DNA from: an uncultured Desulfosarcina sp.
Lineage (GTDB): Bacteria > Desulfobacterota > Desulfobacteria > Desulfobacterales > Desulfosarcinaceae
DNA: 64,000 nucleotides
Assembly: GCA_963674945.2 (NCBI GenBank)
Contig: CAXXWQ010000003.1
Location: 2,496,001 to 2,560,000, forward strand
Direction of reading: 5' to 3'
Both the position numbers and the translations under genes were made by a program. Under the pieces are notes generated by a model that was given only the letters and a program-made list of their open reading frames with translations, was not told the DNA's origin and ran no database searches. Positions 37,842 through 49,311 of the stretch are shown here, piece by piece (positions within the stretch are counted from its first letter, which is position 1; each line of letters starts with the position of its first letter).

Positions 37842-38435
37842 ATGGAAACAACGAGACTGATTATCGTGGCAGTTGGCGGTCAGGGAAATCTGCTTGCATC
37901 CAGGGTGCTGGGAGAAGCGGCCCTGCTTTCTGGTGTTCCGGTTCACATGAGCGAAATCCACGGCATGGCACAGCGAGGCGGTGTGGTCGAATCGGCAATC
38001 GTGTTCGGTGACGCGAAGAGCACCATCATATCCGACGGGGAGGCGGACCTTCTGGTAGGATTCGAGCCTTCGGAAACCCTTCGTGCACTGAAAAAATGCA
38101 ATCCGCAAAGCACCGTCATCACCAATCTGGCCACCTTACCGCCCTTTACCGTGGCCATCGGTCGGGGTACCTATCCGGACCTTTCGATCCTTCAGGAGCG
38201 AATCCGAAAAAAAACCAAGCGACTGATCGCCCTCGACGCCGTAGCGCTGGCATCTCGCGCCGGAAATGTGATGTCCGTCAATATCGTCTTGCTCGGTGCA
38301 TTGATTTATACGAAAATCCTGCCCATCACCCGAAAAGATGTGATGACGGCCATTGAGACAAAGACGAAACAACGTTTCATCGACATAAACCTAAAGGCCT
38401 TCCAGCTTGGTTACGAAGCCGCGGATAAAGCCTGA
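37842..38435 (+). CDS. iorB: Indolepyruvate:ferredoxin oxidoreductase beta subunit
   Basis: VGGQG, SEIHGMAQRGGVV. Follows iorA. Confidence 0.93.
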   Translation: METTRLIIVAVGGQGNLLASRVLGEAALLSGVPVHMSEIHGMAQRGGVVESAIVFGDAKSTIISDGEADLLVGFEPSETLRALKKCNPQSTVITNLATLPPFTVAIGRGTYPDLSILQERIRKKTKRLIALDAVALASRAGNVMSVNIVLLGALIYTKILPITRKDVMTAIETKTKQRFIDINLKAFQLGYEAADKA

Positions 38436-38649
38436 AGGACATGACCGTCCCCATTGGAAAAGGTGACGAAGACGCCATCGGGAAAAAAATATTTTTTCAT
38501 AGCAATTTTTTCTACGATAGATTGACTTAATATGAATTTCGGCAGATTATAGAAAAAGATGATCTACACCTTCGATTGGGAACTGGAACACCTTATATGT
38601 GCGACGAGTTCTTGGCAGAGCGCAATAACGTAATCCGGGGAGAGATAAT

Positions 38650-38880
38650 ATGAAGCATCTGGTTGAGGAAATCGCAAAAGCCCTTGTGGATATGCCCGAG
38701 GAAGTATCGGTTCACGACATTGAAAGTCAGCAGAGCATCGTCATTGAGCTGTCGGTGGCCAAGCAAGATTTGGGCAAAATCATCGGTCGTAAAGGGCAAA
38801 ATGTTCAGGCAATCCGAACCATCTTGAATGCCGCATCAGGCAAGAGCAAGAAACGGATCATCCTGGAGCTGATCGAATAG
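38650..38880 (+). CDS. khpA: KH-domain RNA-binding protein KhpA
   Basis: IAKALVD.P, DLGKIIGRKG..AIRT. Confidence 0.88.
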   Translation: MKHLVEEIAKALVDMPEEVSVHDIESQQSIVIELSVAKQDLGKIIGRKGQNVQAIRTILNAASGKSKKRIILELIE

Positions 38881-38891
38881 GAACGAACGAT

Positions 38892-39620
38892 TCACATGTT
38901 TCGCAGGATCGGGTTATGAAGGAAGGATCTTTTTTTCCCTCTCGGAACATGTGGATCGCCAGTATCCGAAGGGTGGATCGCCTTGCTCAGCTGTTCCAGA
39001 AAAACCTTTCTCGGAATTTCCCGCGCACCGAACCGGATGAGGTGGTCTGTTTTCACCTGGCAATCGATGAGAAGGACATCGTTCTGCTTGAGCGCATTCA
39101 CAAGTGCCACGAATGCCACCTTGGAAGCGTTGCTCACACGACTGAACATGGACTCCCCGAAAAAGGCACGGCCCAACCAGACACCGTAGAGACCTCCGAC
39201 GAGTTCACCGTCCTGCCATGACTCCACCGAATGTGCGAATCCATACCGGTGAAGTTCACAATAGGCATATCTCATTTCATCGGTAATCCAGGTTCCCTCT
39301 CCGTAAGATCGCTTGGCCTCGGCGCATCCTTGTATCACACTGGTAAACGCCCGATCGAAAGTGACCTGAAATTGTCCCCGTTTGATTATTTTATGAAGGG
39401 ATCTGGAAACTCTCACTTCATCAGGATATAGGACGAGCCGGGGATCGGGAGACCACCAGAGAATTGGTTCGCCTTTGCAATACCAGGGGAAGATTCCATT
39501 TCGATAGGCAAGAAGCAGGCGATCGACGGTAAGGTCTCCACCGACGGCAAGAAGACCTTCATCGATGGCCAGGTGGGCCGGTGGAAAAGATAACCGACTT
39601 GTCAGTGTGAATACGGGCAT
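38892..39620 (-). CDS. aat: Leucyl/phenylalanyl-tRNA--protein transferase
   Basis: [33 protein letters not shown]. Confidence 0.96.
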   Translation of the reverse strand: MPVFTLTSRLSFPPAHLAIDEGLLAVGGDLTVDRLLLAYRNGIFPWYCKGEPILWWSPDPRLVLYPDEVRVSRSLHKIIKRGQFQVTFDRAFTSVIQGCAEAKRSYGEGTWITDEMRYAYCELHRYGFAHSVESWQDGELVGGLYGVWLGRAFFGESMFSRVSNASKVAFVALVNALKQNDVLLIDCQVKTDHLIRFGAREIPRKVFLEQLSKAIHPSDTGDPHVPRGKKRSFLHNPILRNM

Positions 39621-39707
39621 GGTTTAAACAAAAGGGACATACCTCAGCCGGGTCCAAAGGTGCTGCGATTGGGCCGACACGTTTTCGAATCGTTACACAA
39701 CCGGTGT

Positions 39708-41945
39708 TTACTCGTATTGGAATGTAACCGCGTCTTGTTCCATCTCCAATTTCACCATGCCACCTTTTTGCAGACGTCCAAAGAGAATTTCATGGGCCAG
39801 CATGTCCTTGATTTCGGATTGGATGACTCTCGCCAGAGGCCTCGCACCGTTTTGGGGATCGTACCCTTTTTTTGCCAGATAATTCCTTACGGCATCCGAA
39901 TATGCCAGGGACACTCTCTTTCCGGCCAATTGGTCGGAAAATTCCTTCATGAACTTGTCGACAATCTTTCCCATGATAGTGGAATCAAGAGAGTTAAAGG
40001 TGATGATGCCATCGAGGCGGTTTCGAAATTCCGGGCTGAACAGCTTTTCAATGGCTTTTTTCCCCTTACCGGTACTATCGCTTTTTGGGTCTCCGAATCC
40101 GATGGTGGCGCTGCTCATCTCGCGGGAACCGGCATTGGAGGTCATCATGACGATGACATTGCGAAAATCAGCCTTCTTTCCGTTGTTGTCCGTCAAGGTG
40201 GCATGATCGAGCACCTGGAGCAGGATGTTGAAAAGGTCTTCGTGCGCCTTTTCAATCTCATCCAACAGAAGGACACTGTAGGGGTGCTTTCGGATGCCAT
40301 CGGTGAGCAATCCGCCCTGATCGAAACCAATGTAACCGGGGGGGGCACCGATAAGCCTTGCAACGGCATGCTTTTCCATATATTCGCTCATGTCGTACCG
40401 CATGAACTCGACATCCAATTGTTGGGCCACTTGACGCGCTACCTCAGTCTTTCCAACACCCGTGGGACCGGTAAAAAGGAATGATCCGACAGGTTTTTCC
40501 GGTTGCCCGAGTCCTGCCCGGGATCGTTTGATGGCGGTTACAAGTGCGTCGATGGCATCGTCCTGGCCAAAGACCACCTGGCGCAGCTGATCGCCGAGAT
40601 TCTCCAGCTTGGTCTTGTCCGGTGTGGAAACATTGACGGCGGGAATCCGTGCAATTTTGGCGACGATCTTTTCGATATCCGACGGATGGATCTTTTTCCG
40701 GTTGGCGGGACCGGAGAGGCGAATGGCCGCACCGGCTTCATCGATGACGTCGATGGCTTTGTCCGGAAGGTACCGGTCGTTTATGTATTTTGCCGACAAC
40801 TCGCATGCCGCCTTGAGCGCGCCTTCGGTGTATTCGATCTCATGATGTTCCTCGTATCTGGATCGAAGCCCCTTCAGGATTTTGACGGATTCTTTGATGG
40901 GAGGTTCGAGGATATCGATCTTTTCGAACCTTCTGGACAGAGCACGATCCTTTTCGAAATGATTTTTGTACTCCTCGTAGGTGGTGGAGCCGATGCAACG
41001 AAGCTCACCGGTGGAGAGAAACGGTTTGAGGATATTGCTGGCATCCATGGATCCGCTGCTGGTGGCACCCGCACCGACGATGGTGTGAATCTCGTCGATG
41101 AACAAGATGGCATTTTTCCGCTTCTTCAACTCTTCCACGACCCCTTTGAGGCGCTGTTCGAAATCCCCCCTGAACTTTGAACCGGCCAACATGCCACCTA
41201 AATCCAGGGAAAAGATCCGGACCTCCTTCAACAGTTCGGGGACCTCACCATCCCATATCTTTTGTGCCAGTCCCTCGGCCATGGCGGTCTTGCCAACTCC
41301 TGGATCGCCGACAAAAATCGGGTTGTTCTTCCGGCGACGACAAAGCACCTGCATCGTTCTCGTCATCTCCAATTCGCGACCGATCAACGGGTCCAACTTC
41401 CCCTTTGCGGCCCTATCGATGAGATTGATGGTGTATGCCTCGAGTGGATTCGCCTTTTTCTTGTCGCTCTTTTTTTCGGTACCTTTTTCGGTCTCCGGCA
41501 TCTCTTCAGGCGGATTCCCATGTACTTCATGGGAAATGACCCGCAACACGTCGAATCGGGTTATTCCCTCCTCATTCAGAAAGTATACGGCATGGCTGTC
41601 CTTCTCCATGAAGAGGGAGGCCAGAATATCGCTTACCGCCACTTCCTTCTTTTCCGCGGAACGGACATGATTCACGGCGCGCTGGATGACCCGTTGGAAC
41701 CCGATGGTCTGCTGAAGGACATACTCGCTCTCTTCGGGGATCATCTCCATGTCGTTTTCGAAAAAGGTCTCCAGGCTGGCCTTGATCTTTTCCACGTCGC
41801 CACCGCATTTTTCCAAGATCTCCAGCCCCGTGCTATCATGCAGGATGGCGAACAATACATGTTCTACGCTGACATATTCGTGTCGTCGTTTCTTGGCTTC
41901 TCGAACGGCAAAGCCCAAAGTGGCACTGAGTTCCTTACTGATCAT
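39708..41945 (-). CDS. clpA: ATP-dependent Clp protease ATP-binding subunit ClpA
   Basis: Two AAA modules (GDPGVGKT, GPTGVGKT), GAPPGYIG pore loop, IGF loop. Adjacent to clpS. Confidence 0.96.
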   Translation of the reverse strand: MISKELSATLGFAVREAKKRRHEYVSVEHVLFAILHDSTGLEILEKCGGDVEKIKASLETFFENDMEMIPEESEYVLQQTIGFQRVIQRAVNHVRSAEKKEVAVSDILASLFMEKDSHAVYFLNEEGITRFDVLRVISHEVHGNPPEEMPETEKGTEKKSDKKKANPLEAYTINLIDRAAKGKLDPLIGRELEMTRTMQVLCRRRKNNPIFVGDPGVGKTAMAEGLAQKIWDGEVPELLKEVRIFSLDLGGMLAGSKFRGDFEQRLKGVVEELKKRKNAILFIDEIHTIVGAGATSSGSMDASNILKPFLSTGELRCIGSTTYEEYKNHFEKDRALSRRFEKIDILEPPIKESVKILKGLRSRYEEHHEIEYTEGALKAACELSAKYINDRYLPDKAIDVIDEAGAAIRLSGPANRKKIHPSDIEKIVAKIARIPAVNVSTPDKTKLENLGDQLRQVVFGQDDAIDALVTAIKRSRAGLGQPEKPVGSFLFTGPTGVGKTEVARQVAQQLDVEFMRYDMSEYMEKHAVARLIGAPPGYIGFDQGGLLTDGIRKHPYSVLLLDEIEKAHEDLFNILLQVLDHATLTDNNGKKADFRNVIVMMTSNAGSREMSSATIGFGDPKSDSTGKGKKAIEKLFSPEFRNRLDGIITFNSLDSTIMGKIVDKFMKEFSDQLAGKRVSLAYSDAVRNYLAKKGYDPQNGARPLARVIQSEIKDMLAHEILFGRLQKGGMVKLEMEQDAVTFQYE

Positions 41946-41948
41946 TTT

Positions 41949-42257
41949 CTATTCCTGTTCCATACTGCAACGTAGCGGAAAGCCGCTTTCACGTGCAAGA
42001 TTGTGGACCGTATCGACCTTGGTCTCGGCAACTTCGTGGGTATACACCCCACAAACACCGATCCCTTTCCTGTGAACGTTCATCATGATCTTCACCGCCG
42101 CCTCCGGAGATTTGTTGAACACATACATCAGCACCTCAACGACGAATTCCATGGTGGTATAATCGTCATTGTGCAAAAGCACCCGGTACATGGGCGGTTT
42201 ATCGGTTATTTCCCTGGTCTGGGAATCCGATTGTGATTCTGTCTGATATCGAGACAT
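41949..42257 (-). CDS. clpS: Clp protease adaptor ClpS
   Basis: YRVLLHNDDYTTMEFVV, AETKV, FPL. Confidence 0.96.
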   Translation of the reverse strand: MSRYQTESQSDSQTREITDKPPMYRVLLHNDDYTTMEFVVEVLMYVFNKSPEAAVKIMMNVHRKGIGVCGVYTHEVAETKVDTVHNLARESGFPLRCSMEQE

Positions 42258-42562
42258 CTTCGAGCGTTTTTATCATGCTTGCTGCGGGTTCATATGAAAA
42301 TGGAAAGTCACATGAACTGTTTCGGCATCTTTTTGTTCCCTTGAACCTGGTTTTTCGTGCTCCATTTTGATTTGAATCGCCCGCATTCATCATATCGGCA
42401 ATCGGTGGATCCACTTAACTTAGAATTCCAGTCTGCATAGAAATATAATCACCGCCTGTACGGATTGTAAAGAGTCTTTCTCCGTATCGTCCAGCCTTCT
42501 AACTAACTTCCTTTTTTTATGAGATTTTTTATCATGTCAACGGAACCGGTGGTCGATTTTAT

Positions 42563-43048
42563 TCAAACATCCATTTCTATGATCCGGGGTATCGCCGTAC
42601 CGTTTTTCACTTCGACCAGTGCCACGCTAACGGGGTAGTCGAAGCGTCGATGACCGGCACTTCCCGGATTGAGGTAGATCACACCGTCCTCTTTCCAGAT
42701 TTTGGGACGATGGGTATGGCCATTGACCACCACATGGATCCCGGCGACTGTCGGCAACAGGTCAAGGTGATGCAGGTCGTGGAGAATATAGAAGAATACC
42801 CCCTCGATGGTTACCATTTCCACGCCGGGCAATCGGTTGGACCAGGAGCCATGGTCCATGTTTCCCCGTACAGCCGTAACCGGCGCAATTCGTGCCAGAT
42901 CTTCCAAAACATCTGCACCACCCACATCGCCGGCATGCAGGATTTGATCACATCCGGCAAAAATCGATTTCACCTGTGGACGCAGGATGCCATGGGTATC
43001 CGAGATGACGCCGATGATTCTTTCCGTATTATCCGTTTTCGTCTTCAT
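42563..43048 (-). CDS. YfcE-like metallophosphoesterase
   Basis: ISDTHG, HAGD, VRGNMD, GHTH, NPGS. ATGA overlap with the secA stop. Confidence 0.9.
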   Translation of the reverse strand: MKTKTDNTERIIGVISDTHGILRPQVKSIFAGCDQILHAGDVGGADVLEDLARIAPVTAVRGNMDHGSWSNRLPGVEMVTIEGVFFYILHDLHHLDLLPTVAGIHVVVNGHTHRPKIWKEDGVIYLNPGSAGHRRFDYPVSVALVEVKNGTAIPRIIEMDV

Positions 43049-45576
43049 GCGCCGCAGCATTTTTTGTATTTTTTCCCGCTGCCGCAGGGACACGGTGAAT
43101 TTCTACCGATCTTGTCCGCTTTTCGCTTGACCGGCTTTTTGACCGCAGCCTGATCCTGACTTCCGGAAAAGATCAGTTCCTGCTCTTTGGGTTTGCTAAA
43201 ATCCTCGACCTGTTCCGGCTCGGCCAGTTGGATCCGGAACAAGATACCAAGGGTCTCATTCTTGATCCGCTCGATGGTCTCCTGGAACATTTCGAAACCC
43301 TCTTTTTTATATACCAAAAGCGGGTTTTGCTGTGCGTATCCACGAAGCCCGATCCCCTCTTTCAGATGATCCATGGAAAGCAGATGATCCTTCCACAAAT
43401 TATCGACGGTCTGAAGCATGACCATGCGCTCCAGTTGCCGAAAGTCATCCTCTGCGCCGAGCATGGAAGCCTTCCTTTCGTAAACGGAATGGGCCTGTTC
43501 ATAAATCAGCTGTGACAATCCTTCGTCGTTGAGCCCATCCAATGTGTTTTCGTCAGGCCTTTCCAGCCTGAAGTTGAACTGCTGGAATACGGCATCGGAA
43601 ATGGCATTCCAATCCCATTCCTCGGGAAGCGCCCTTTCATCTGCAAACTGCCCGGCGATTGTTTCGGCCGCCTCGAGCATGATGTCTTCGATGGTGGACT
43701 TTAAGTCCACCCCGGTGAGAAGATCGCGACGCTGCTTGTAGATCACCTCCCGCTGCTGGTTCATCACATCGTCGTATTCCAGAAGGTGTTTTCTTATGTC
43801 GAAATTGTGGCCTTCCACCTTGGACTGGGCGTTTTCGATGGCACGGCTGATGAGGTTGTGTTCGATGGGCTCCCCTTCATCCATGCCCAGTCGTTCCATG
43901 ATTCCGGTGATTCGTTCGCCACCGAAGATTCGCAGCAAATCGTCCTCCAGCGCCAGATAAAAACGGGATGAACCGGGATCCCCCTGGCGTCCGGACCGAC
44001 CACGCAACTGATTGTCGATGCGCCGGCTTTCGTGGCGTTCGGTCCCTAAAATGTGCAGGCCGCCCAGTTCGGTCACCCCCTCGCCCAAGACGATGTCGGT
44101 ACCCCTGCCCGCCATGTTGGTACTGATGGTGACGGCATTTTTCTGGCCCGCCATGGAGATGATCTCCGCCTCCTTTTCGTGGTTTTTCGCGTTGAGCACC
44201 TCGTGGGGAATACCGTGTTTCTTCAGTTTCTTGGCAACTTGTTCGGAAATATCGATGGATACCGTTCCCACCAGGACCGGTTGCCCCTTTTTGTGAAGCT
44301 CCTTGATCTCGTTGATAGCGGCATCGAACTTTTCCTTTCGGGTCTTGTAGATCACATCGGGAAAGTCCTTTCGAATCATCGGTTTGTTTGTGGGAATGAC
44401 CGATACATCCAGGTTGTAAATCTTCTTGAATTCCGCCGCCTCGGTATCCGCCGTTCCGGTCATGCCCGCCAGTTTGTCGTACATGCGGAAATAGTTCTGA
44501 AAAGTGATGGTGGCAAGGGTCTGGTTTTCGTTGGCGATCTTTACGTTCTCTTTCGCTTCCAGGGCCTGATGAAGACCTTCGCTGTATCGCCGACCGGGCA
44601 TGAGACGGCCGGTGAACTCGTCGACGATGATCACCTCGCCCTCCTTGACGATGTAATCCACGTCACGCTTGAACAGGGTGTGGGCCTTGAGCGCCTGATT
44701 GGTATGGTGAAGCAATTCGATGTTACCCGGGTCATAAAGATTTTCCACGCCCAACATCGTTTCGGCGTGTGCCACGCCTTCCTCGGTGAGGGTTACGCTG
44801 CGGGCTTTTTCATCGATCTTGTAATCCACTTCGGCCTTGAACTTGGGAACAACGGCGTTGACCTGATAGTACAACTGCGTGGATTTTTCCGCGGGACCGG
44901 AGATGATCAAGGGAGTTCTCGCCTCGTCGACGAGGATACTGTCCACTTCATCCACAATGGCATAGTGAAGATCCCGTTGGACCAGGGCATTGCCATCGAA
45001 TTTCATGTTGTCCCGCAAATAGTCGAACCCGAATTCGTTGTTGGTCCCGTAAGTGATGTCTGCGCCATACGACTCTTTCCGTTGATCGTCGGTAAGACCG
45101 TGTTGAATCGTTCCCACGGTCATCCCCAAAAATTGGTAGATTTGTCCCATCCATTCCGTGTCGCGGCGGGCGAGGTAGTCGTTGACCGTGATCACGTGCA
45201 CGCCGCGGCCGGTCAGGGCATTGAGATAAGCCGGGAGGGTGGCCACCAGGGTTTTTCCCTCACCGGTTTTCATTTCGGCAATTTTTCCCTTATGGAGGAC
45301 CATTCCACCAATGAGCTGGACATCGTAATGGCGCATTTTCAGCGCCCGTACGGAGGCCTCCCGGACGGTGGCAAAGGCTTCGGGAAGCAACTGATCCAAT
45401 GGTTCTTCGTTGGAAAGGCGTTCCTTGAACCGTTGGGTTTGGCCTTTTAACTGCTGGTCGTCCATGGCTTGTATTTTCGGCTCCAATTCATTGATGGCCG
45501 CAACGAGGGGTTGAAGTTTTTTCAACTCCCGTTCATTCTTGCTGCCGAAAATTTTCGTTAGGAGTGTGCTGATCAT
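43045..45576 (-). CDS. secA: Preprotein translocase subunit SecA
   Basis: [27 protein letters not shown]-terminal [12 protein letters not shown]. Confidence 0.98.
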   Translation of the reverse strand: MISTLLTKIFGSKNERELKKLQPLVAAINELEPKIQAMDDQQLKGQTQRFKERLSNEEPLDQLLPEAFATVREASVRALKMRHYDVQLIGGMVLHKGKIAEMKTGEGKTLVATLPAYLNALTGRGVHVITVNDYLARRDTEWMGQIYQFLGMTVGTIQHGLTDDQRKESYGADITYGTNNEFGFDYLRDNMKFDGNALVQRDLHYAIVDEVDSILVDEARTPLIISGPAEKSTQLYYQVNAVVPKFKAEVDYKIDEKARSVTLTEEGVAHAETMLGVENLYDPGNIELLHHTNQALKAHTLFKRDVDYIVKEGEVIIVDEFTGRLMPGRRYSEGLHQALEAKENVKIANENQTLATITFQNYFRMYDKLAGMTGTADTEAAEFKKIYNLDVSVIPTNKPMIRKDFPDVIYKTRKEKFDAAINEIKELHKKGQPVLVGTVSIDISEQVAKKLKKHGIPHEVLNAKNHEKEAEIISMAGQKNAVTISTNMAGRGTDIVLGEGVTELGGLHILGTERHESRRIDNQLRGRSGRQGDPGSSRFYLALEDDLLRIFGGERITGIMERLGMDEGEPIEHNLISRAIENAQSKVEGHNFDIRKHLLEYDDVMNQQREVIYKQRRDLLTGVDLKSTIEDIMLEAAETIAGQFADERALPEEWDWNAISDAVFQQFNFRLERPDENTLDGLNDEGLSQLIYEQAHSVYERKASMLGAEDDFRQLERMVMLQTVDNLWKDHLLSMDHLKEGIGLRGYAQQNPLLVYKKEGFEMFQETIERIKNETLGILFRIQLAEPEQVEDFSKPKEQELIFSGSQDQAAVKKPVKRKADKIGRNSPCPCGSGKKYKKCCGA

Positions 45577-45789
45577 CGATTCATCTCCAATCTGTCAACC
45601 GGATGGGTATCGCCTCGAATGGTGTAGGGAGAATACCGTATATTCTCAACATCGTCGGATAACGATCCTAAACCATTTTTCTGGGTCACTCAAGCGCAAA
45701 GGAGGAATTGATTCGTCCTGTCCGACGGTATGGGGTTGATTCGGCGGGTCGGATCCGGCTGGATTACAATGGCGAAAAGTACGATCCGG

Positions 45790-46719
45790 TCAATTCAGAA
45801 TATAGTTGGCGGGATTTACGGCAACGCCGTTGAGGTGAACTTCATAGTGAAGATGTGGTCCGGTACTTCGCCCACTGTTTCCCATCTGGGCAATGATGTC
45901 ACCTCGTGTGACGCGCTCTCCTCGTTTTTTCAATGTCTTTTCCAGATGGGCATACCGAGTGATCATGCCGTGTCCGTGGTCGATCACGAGAACACGCCCC
46001 ATCCCCCCCTTTTTGCCTGTAAACGATACAACGCCGTCTGCCGTGGCGACGATGGCGGTGCCTTTCCGATTGGCAATGTCGATTCCCTTGTGGAACTCCC
46101 TGTGTCCGGTGAACGGTGACGAACGGTATCCGAATCGGGAGGTCATCCATCCCTGGGTGGGTCGAATGGCCGGGGTGGAGGAAAGCAGGTTACGATGTCC
46201 CTGTACCTGGTCGAGGACGAGATCGAAACGTGACTTCTGCTCGGCGACGGCAGACGTCATGGCATTTACTTGCTGGTGCATCTGACGAAGGAGATCCGAA
46301 TGCCCCTGGTTCAGTTCCACACGAGGATTCAGATCTTCCGGTGCTGCGCCGCCGACACCGAAAACGCTGCCGTCGTCTTCAACCGGATCCAGGTTGGCAA
46401 TGATCCGAATCTTCTCCTCAAAATGGCCAAGCGCAACAAGTTCATCCTTGAGTGCATTGATCTCTTCGGCAAACGTCTGTATCTGCTGCCGTTGCTGGAC
46501 GATCTCGTCCCGTTGTTCCATGACGGTACCGGCCATTTCGCCATTGGCGATGATGGATTGTTGCAGACTTTGGAAACCATATACAAAAAGCCCGCACACG
46601 CCAACCACACCAATACACATCAGAGCCATGAGCGAAAGAAGCGTCGGAGAAAAGCTGATTCGCCGCACGCGTCCGCCCGCTTCGCTCACGACAATGAAGG
46701 ATATCTTTTTGGATTTCAT
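45790..46719 (-). CDS. M23 family peptidase with TM and coiled coil
   Basis: HKGIDIA, YAHL, STGPHLHYEV. Confidence 0.92.
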   Translation of the reverse strand: MKSKKISFIVVSEAGGRVRRISFSPTLLSLMALMCIGVVGVCGLFVYGFQSLQQSIIANGEMAGTVMEQRDEIVQQRQQIQTFAEEINALKDELVALGHFEEKIRIIANLDPVEDDGSVFGVGGAAPEDLNPRVELNQGHSDLLRQMHQQVNAMTSAVAEQKSRFDLVLDQVQGHRNLLSSTPAIRPTQGWMTSRFGYRSSPFTGHREFHKGIDIANRKGTAIVATADGVVSFTGKKGGMGRVLVIDHGHGMITRYAHLEKTLKKRGERVTRGDIIAQMGNSGRSTGPHLHYEVHLNGVAVNPANYILN

Positions 46720-46889
46720 CTCAATGCACCAGATTCTAAAAGATCAAAATTTACAAATAGTTATAAAAAACAGAACATCGCTGCCACGACATCGGGCACA
46801 TGCCATGGCAGTGTTTATGTCCTGGAACCTACCACTTGCGTTTCGAAAACGTCACCGCCGCATTCAACGATGGTGGTGAGGTACCGGTC

Positions 46890-47798
46890 TTATGCGATTC
46901 CGAGTTTGAATTTCAACGACTTCAAGGTGTTGAGCATGAGCATGGTGATGGTCATGGGGCCGACACCACCGGGCACCGGGGTAATATAACCGGCGATCTC
47001 CTTGGCCGCATCGAAATCCACGTCACCCTTTAGTATGGCGATTTTCTTTCCTGTCTTTTCGCTGACTTTCTCACCAACGCGATTCACACCGACATCGATG
47101 ACACAGGCACCGGGTTTGATCCATTCGGGTTTTACGAGGTCCGGTACGCCAGCGGCGACGATGAGGATATCGGCACGCTTGCAATGGGCGGCCAGGTCTT
47201 TCGTCCGGGTGTGGACGACGGTTACCGTGCTGTTGGCACCGGGACCTTTTTGAACCATCATGTTGGCGATGGGTTTTCCAACGATGTTGGACCGTCCCAC
47301 GACGACCACCTCGGCGCCACTGGTCTCCACACCGGCGCGGACGATCATCTCCTGGATTCCCGCCGGCGTACAGGGTGGAAACTTGACTTCGTCGCCGCCG
47401 ATCATCAGTCGGCCGACGTTGACCGGATGAAAGCCGTCCACATCCTTGTCCGGATCGATGGCATTGAGAACTTTCTTCTCATCGACATGTTTTGGAAGTG
47501 GCAATTGGACCAGGATGCCGTTGATGCTGTCGTCTTTATTGTACTTGTCAATCAGAGCAAGCAGATCCGCTTCGGAGATGTCAACCGACTGGCTGTCCTG
47601 AATTTCCTTGAAACCGACACGGTGCGCCGTCTTGATCTTTAAGGTCACATAGGAAATGGATGCCGGGTTTTCCCCCACCAAAATGGTAACCAATCCGGGA
47701 ACCACGCCGTGTTTTTCCTTGATCTCCTTTACCTCGGCGGTGATCTCTTCGAGAATCTGTTCCCTGATTTCGGTACCTTTGATAAGCGTTGCTGTCAT
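46890..47798 (-). CDS. folD: Bifunctional methylenetetrahydrofolate dehydrogenase/cyclohydrolase
   Basis: GILVQLPLP, KDVDGFHP, PCTP, GRSNIVGKP, TPVPGGVGPMT. ATG at 47798 with an AGGAG SD. Confidence 0.97.
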   Translation of the reverse strand: MTATLIKGTEIREQILEEITAEVKEIKEKHGVVPGLVTILVGENPASISYVTLKIKTAHRVGFKEIQDSQSVDISEADLLALIDKYNKDDSINGILVQLPLPKHVDEKKVLNAIDPDKDVDGFHPVNVGRLMIGGDEVKFPPCTPAGIQEMIVRAGVETSGAEVVVVGRSNIVGKPIANMMVQKGPGANSTVTVVHTRTKDLAAHCKRADILIVAAGVPDLVKPEWIKPGACVIDVGVNRVGEKVSEKTGKKIAILKGDVDFDAAKEIAGYITPVPGGVGPMTITMLMLNTLKSLKFKLGIA

Positions 47799-48019
47799 CT
47801 CCAATCTCCTTTCACATTCATGGTTTCCGAAAGGGTCGTCCCACAATACGACGCCCTCGGCGAAAAAATAATGATGGTGGCTTGTTGTACGGATGCGAGT
47901 GCCTGAAAAACGTCAGGCGCGGTTAGGACCATCCCTGCCTTAGTCTAAATCGACACGGATGTCAATAAAACGATAATAATCTCAAAAAGGCAATCCCATT
48001 TAAAGGGTCGGCCACGACA

Positions 48020-49057
48020 TCATAGGGGAAATGGCACGGCATCCAAACCAGCGGTTTCGGAACGTTCATACATCAGGTTCATGTTCTGCACGGCCTGGCC
48101 TGCGGCGCCCTTTACCAGGTTGTCGATGACCGACATGAGGATCAGGCGGCCCGAGCCAGGATCGATTTTCCAGCCGATATCGCAGAAATTGGTCCCCCGA
48201 ACACAATAGGTATCCGGAAACCTTCCGTCTGGGAGCAGTCGAATGAAGGGCTTTTCGGCGTAATACGCTTCAAGACATTTGCGGATCGTATCATCGTCGA
48301 CCCCTTCCGATGGTTTCAGGTACATGGTGCTTTCCATTCCCCGGGTAATGGGCAGCAAGTGTGGGACGAAGGTGATCTTCACTGGTTTGCCGGCCGCCTT
48401 GGAAATATTCTCCTCCATCTCCGGCGCATGACGATGGCTTGCCACCTTGTAGGCCTTAAAAGATTCGTTGACATGGCAAAAGTGGGTGGTCGCGGTAGCA
48501 CCTCGGCCGGCGCCGCTCACGCCTGACTTGCAGTCGGCGACAACCGAGGAGGAATCCACCAGTCCCTCTTTTACCAGCGGAAGCAAGGGCAGCAGTACGC
48601 AGGTGGGATAACATCCGGGATTACCGATGAGATTGGCCTTCGGGATCTCTTTCGGGTACCACTCACAAAGTCCATAGACCGCCTGATCCAGAAGATGGGC
48701 ACAACGATGGGGCTGATAATGGGCCTCGTATGCCGTTTGATCCGAAAATCGAAAGTCAGCGGACAGGTCCACCACCCGTTTTCCAGCGGCAAGAAGATCG
48801 GGCACCATGGACATGGAGACCTTGTGTGGCAGGGCGAGAAAGACCACATCGCTTCGGTCACAAATGATCTTGGGATCGTTCTCTTCATATGAGAGCTGGA
48901 CCAATCCGTTCAAGGCCGGATAGATGGTCGAAAACGCTTTCCCCGCAAACTGGCGGGAGGTGACGAGGGTGAGGGAGACGTCGGGGTGGCCGGAGAGGAT
49001 ACGAACCAGTTCGGCACCGGCATAGCCCGAAGAGCCGACAACGGCTGCACGGATCAT
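48020..49057 (-). CDS. argC: N-acetyl-gamma-glutamyl-phosphate reductase
   Basis: GSSGYAG, DLSADFR, NPGCYPT, SGVSGAG, DNLVKGAAGQAVQN. Confidence 0.97.
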   Translation of the reverse strand: MIRAAVVGSSGYAGAELVRILSGHPDVSLTLVTSRQFAGKAFSTIYPALNGLVQLSYEENDPKIICDRSDVVFLALPHKVSMSMVPDLLAAGKRVVDLSADFRFSDQTAYEAHYQPHRCAHLLDQAVYGLCEWYPKEIPKANLIGNPGCYPTCVLLPLLPLVKEGLVDSSSVVADCKSGVSGAGRGATATTHFCHVNESFKAYKVASHRHAPEMEENISKAAGKPVKITFVPHLLPITRGMESTMYLKPSEGVDDDTIRKCLEAYYAEKPFIRLLPDGRFPDTYCVRGTNFCDIGWKIDPGSGRLILMSVIDNLVKGAAGQAVQNMNLMYERSETAGLDAVPFPL

Positions 49058-49126
49058 GTGGACTCCTGTTATTCTTGGGTATTTCTTTGTTCTCCGTCTC
49101 TATCAACGGAGGATTGGTTTCTTCGA

Positions 49127-49155
49127 CTTATAAAGGAAAGGATTCGGGGGGTCAA
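49127..49155 (-). promoter_or_regulatory. Possible sigma70 promoter for argC
   Basis: Minus strand TTGACC, 17-bp spacer, TATAAG. Confidence 0.45.
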
Positions 49156-49167
49156 GGGTTCGAGCCT

Positions 49168-49300
49168 ATGGTAACCGCATTTCATATCATTGTTTCTAAT
49201 GAATACGGTCTGTTTCCATCTTCGATGGGGCATTCATGATGGACGAAGGACGCGGGACGAAGTACGAGAAAGGCCATATCGGTTCCTCCTTCGTCCTTCC
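49168..49300. repeat. Dispersed intergenic repeat family C, copy 2
   Basis: Shares ATGATGGACGAAGGA and the GGACGA/TCGTCC arms with 15998-16121. Confidence 0.55.
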
Positions 49301-49311
49301 TTTTTTGCCTA

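Noticed and set aside
44053..45450. 465-aa plus-strand ORF, and similar long antisense ORFs over clpA, livM and ileS
   Set aside because: They lie entirely antisense to conserved genes, have no motifs, and are expected from codon bias.
46852..46879. Hairpin after folD as an intrinsic terminator
   Set aside because: On the transcribed minus strand the stem has A-C mismatches and only a short U-tract.
47799..47990. ZTP or THF riboswitch before folD
   Set aside because: The conserved consensus blocks were not found; kept only as a weak unknown-structure candidate.
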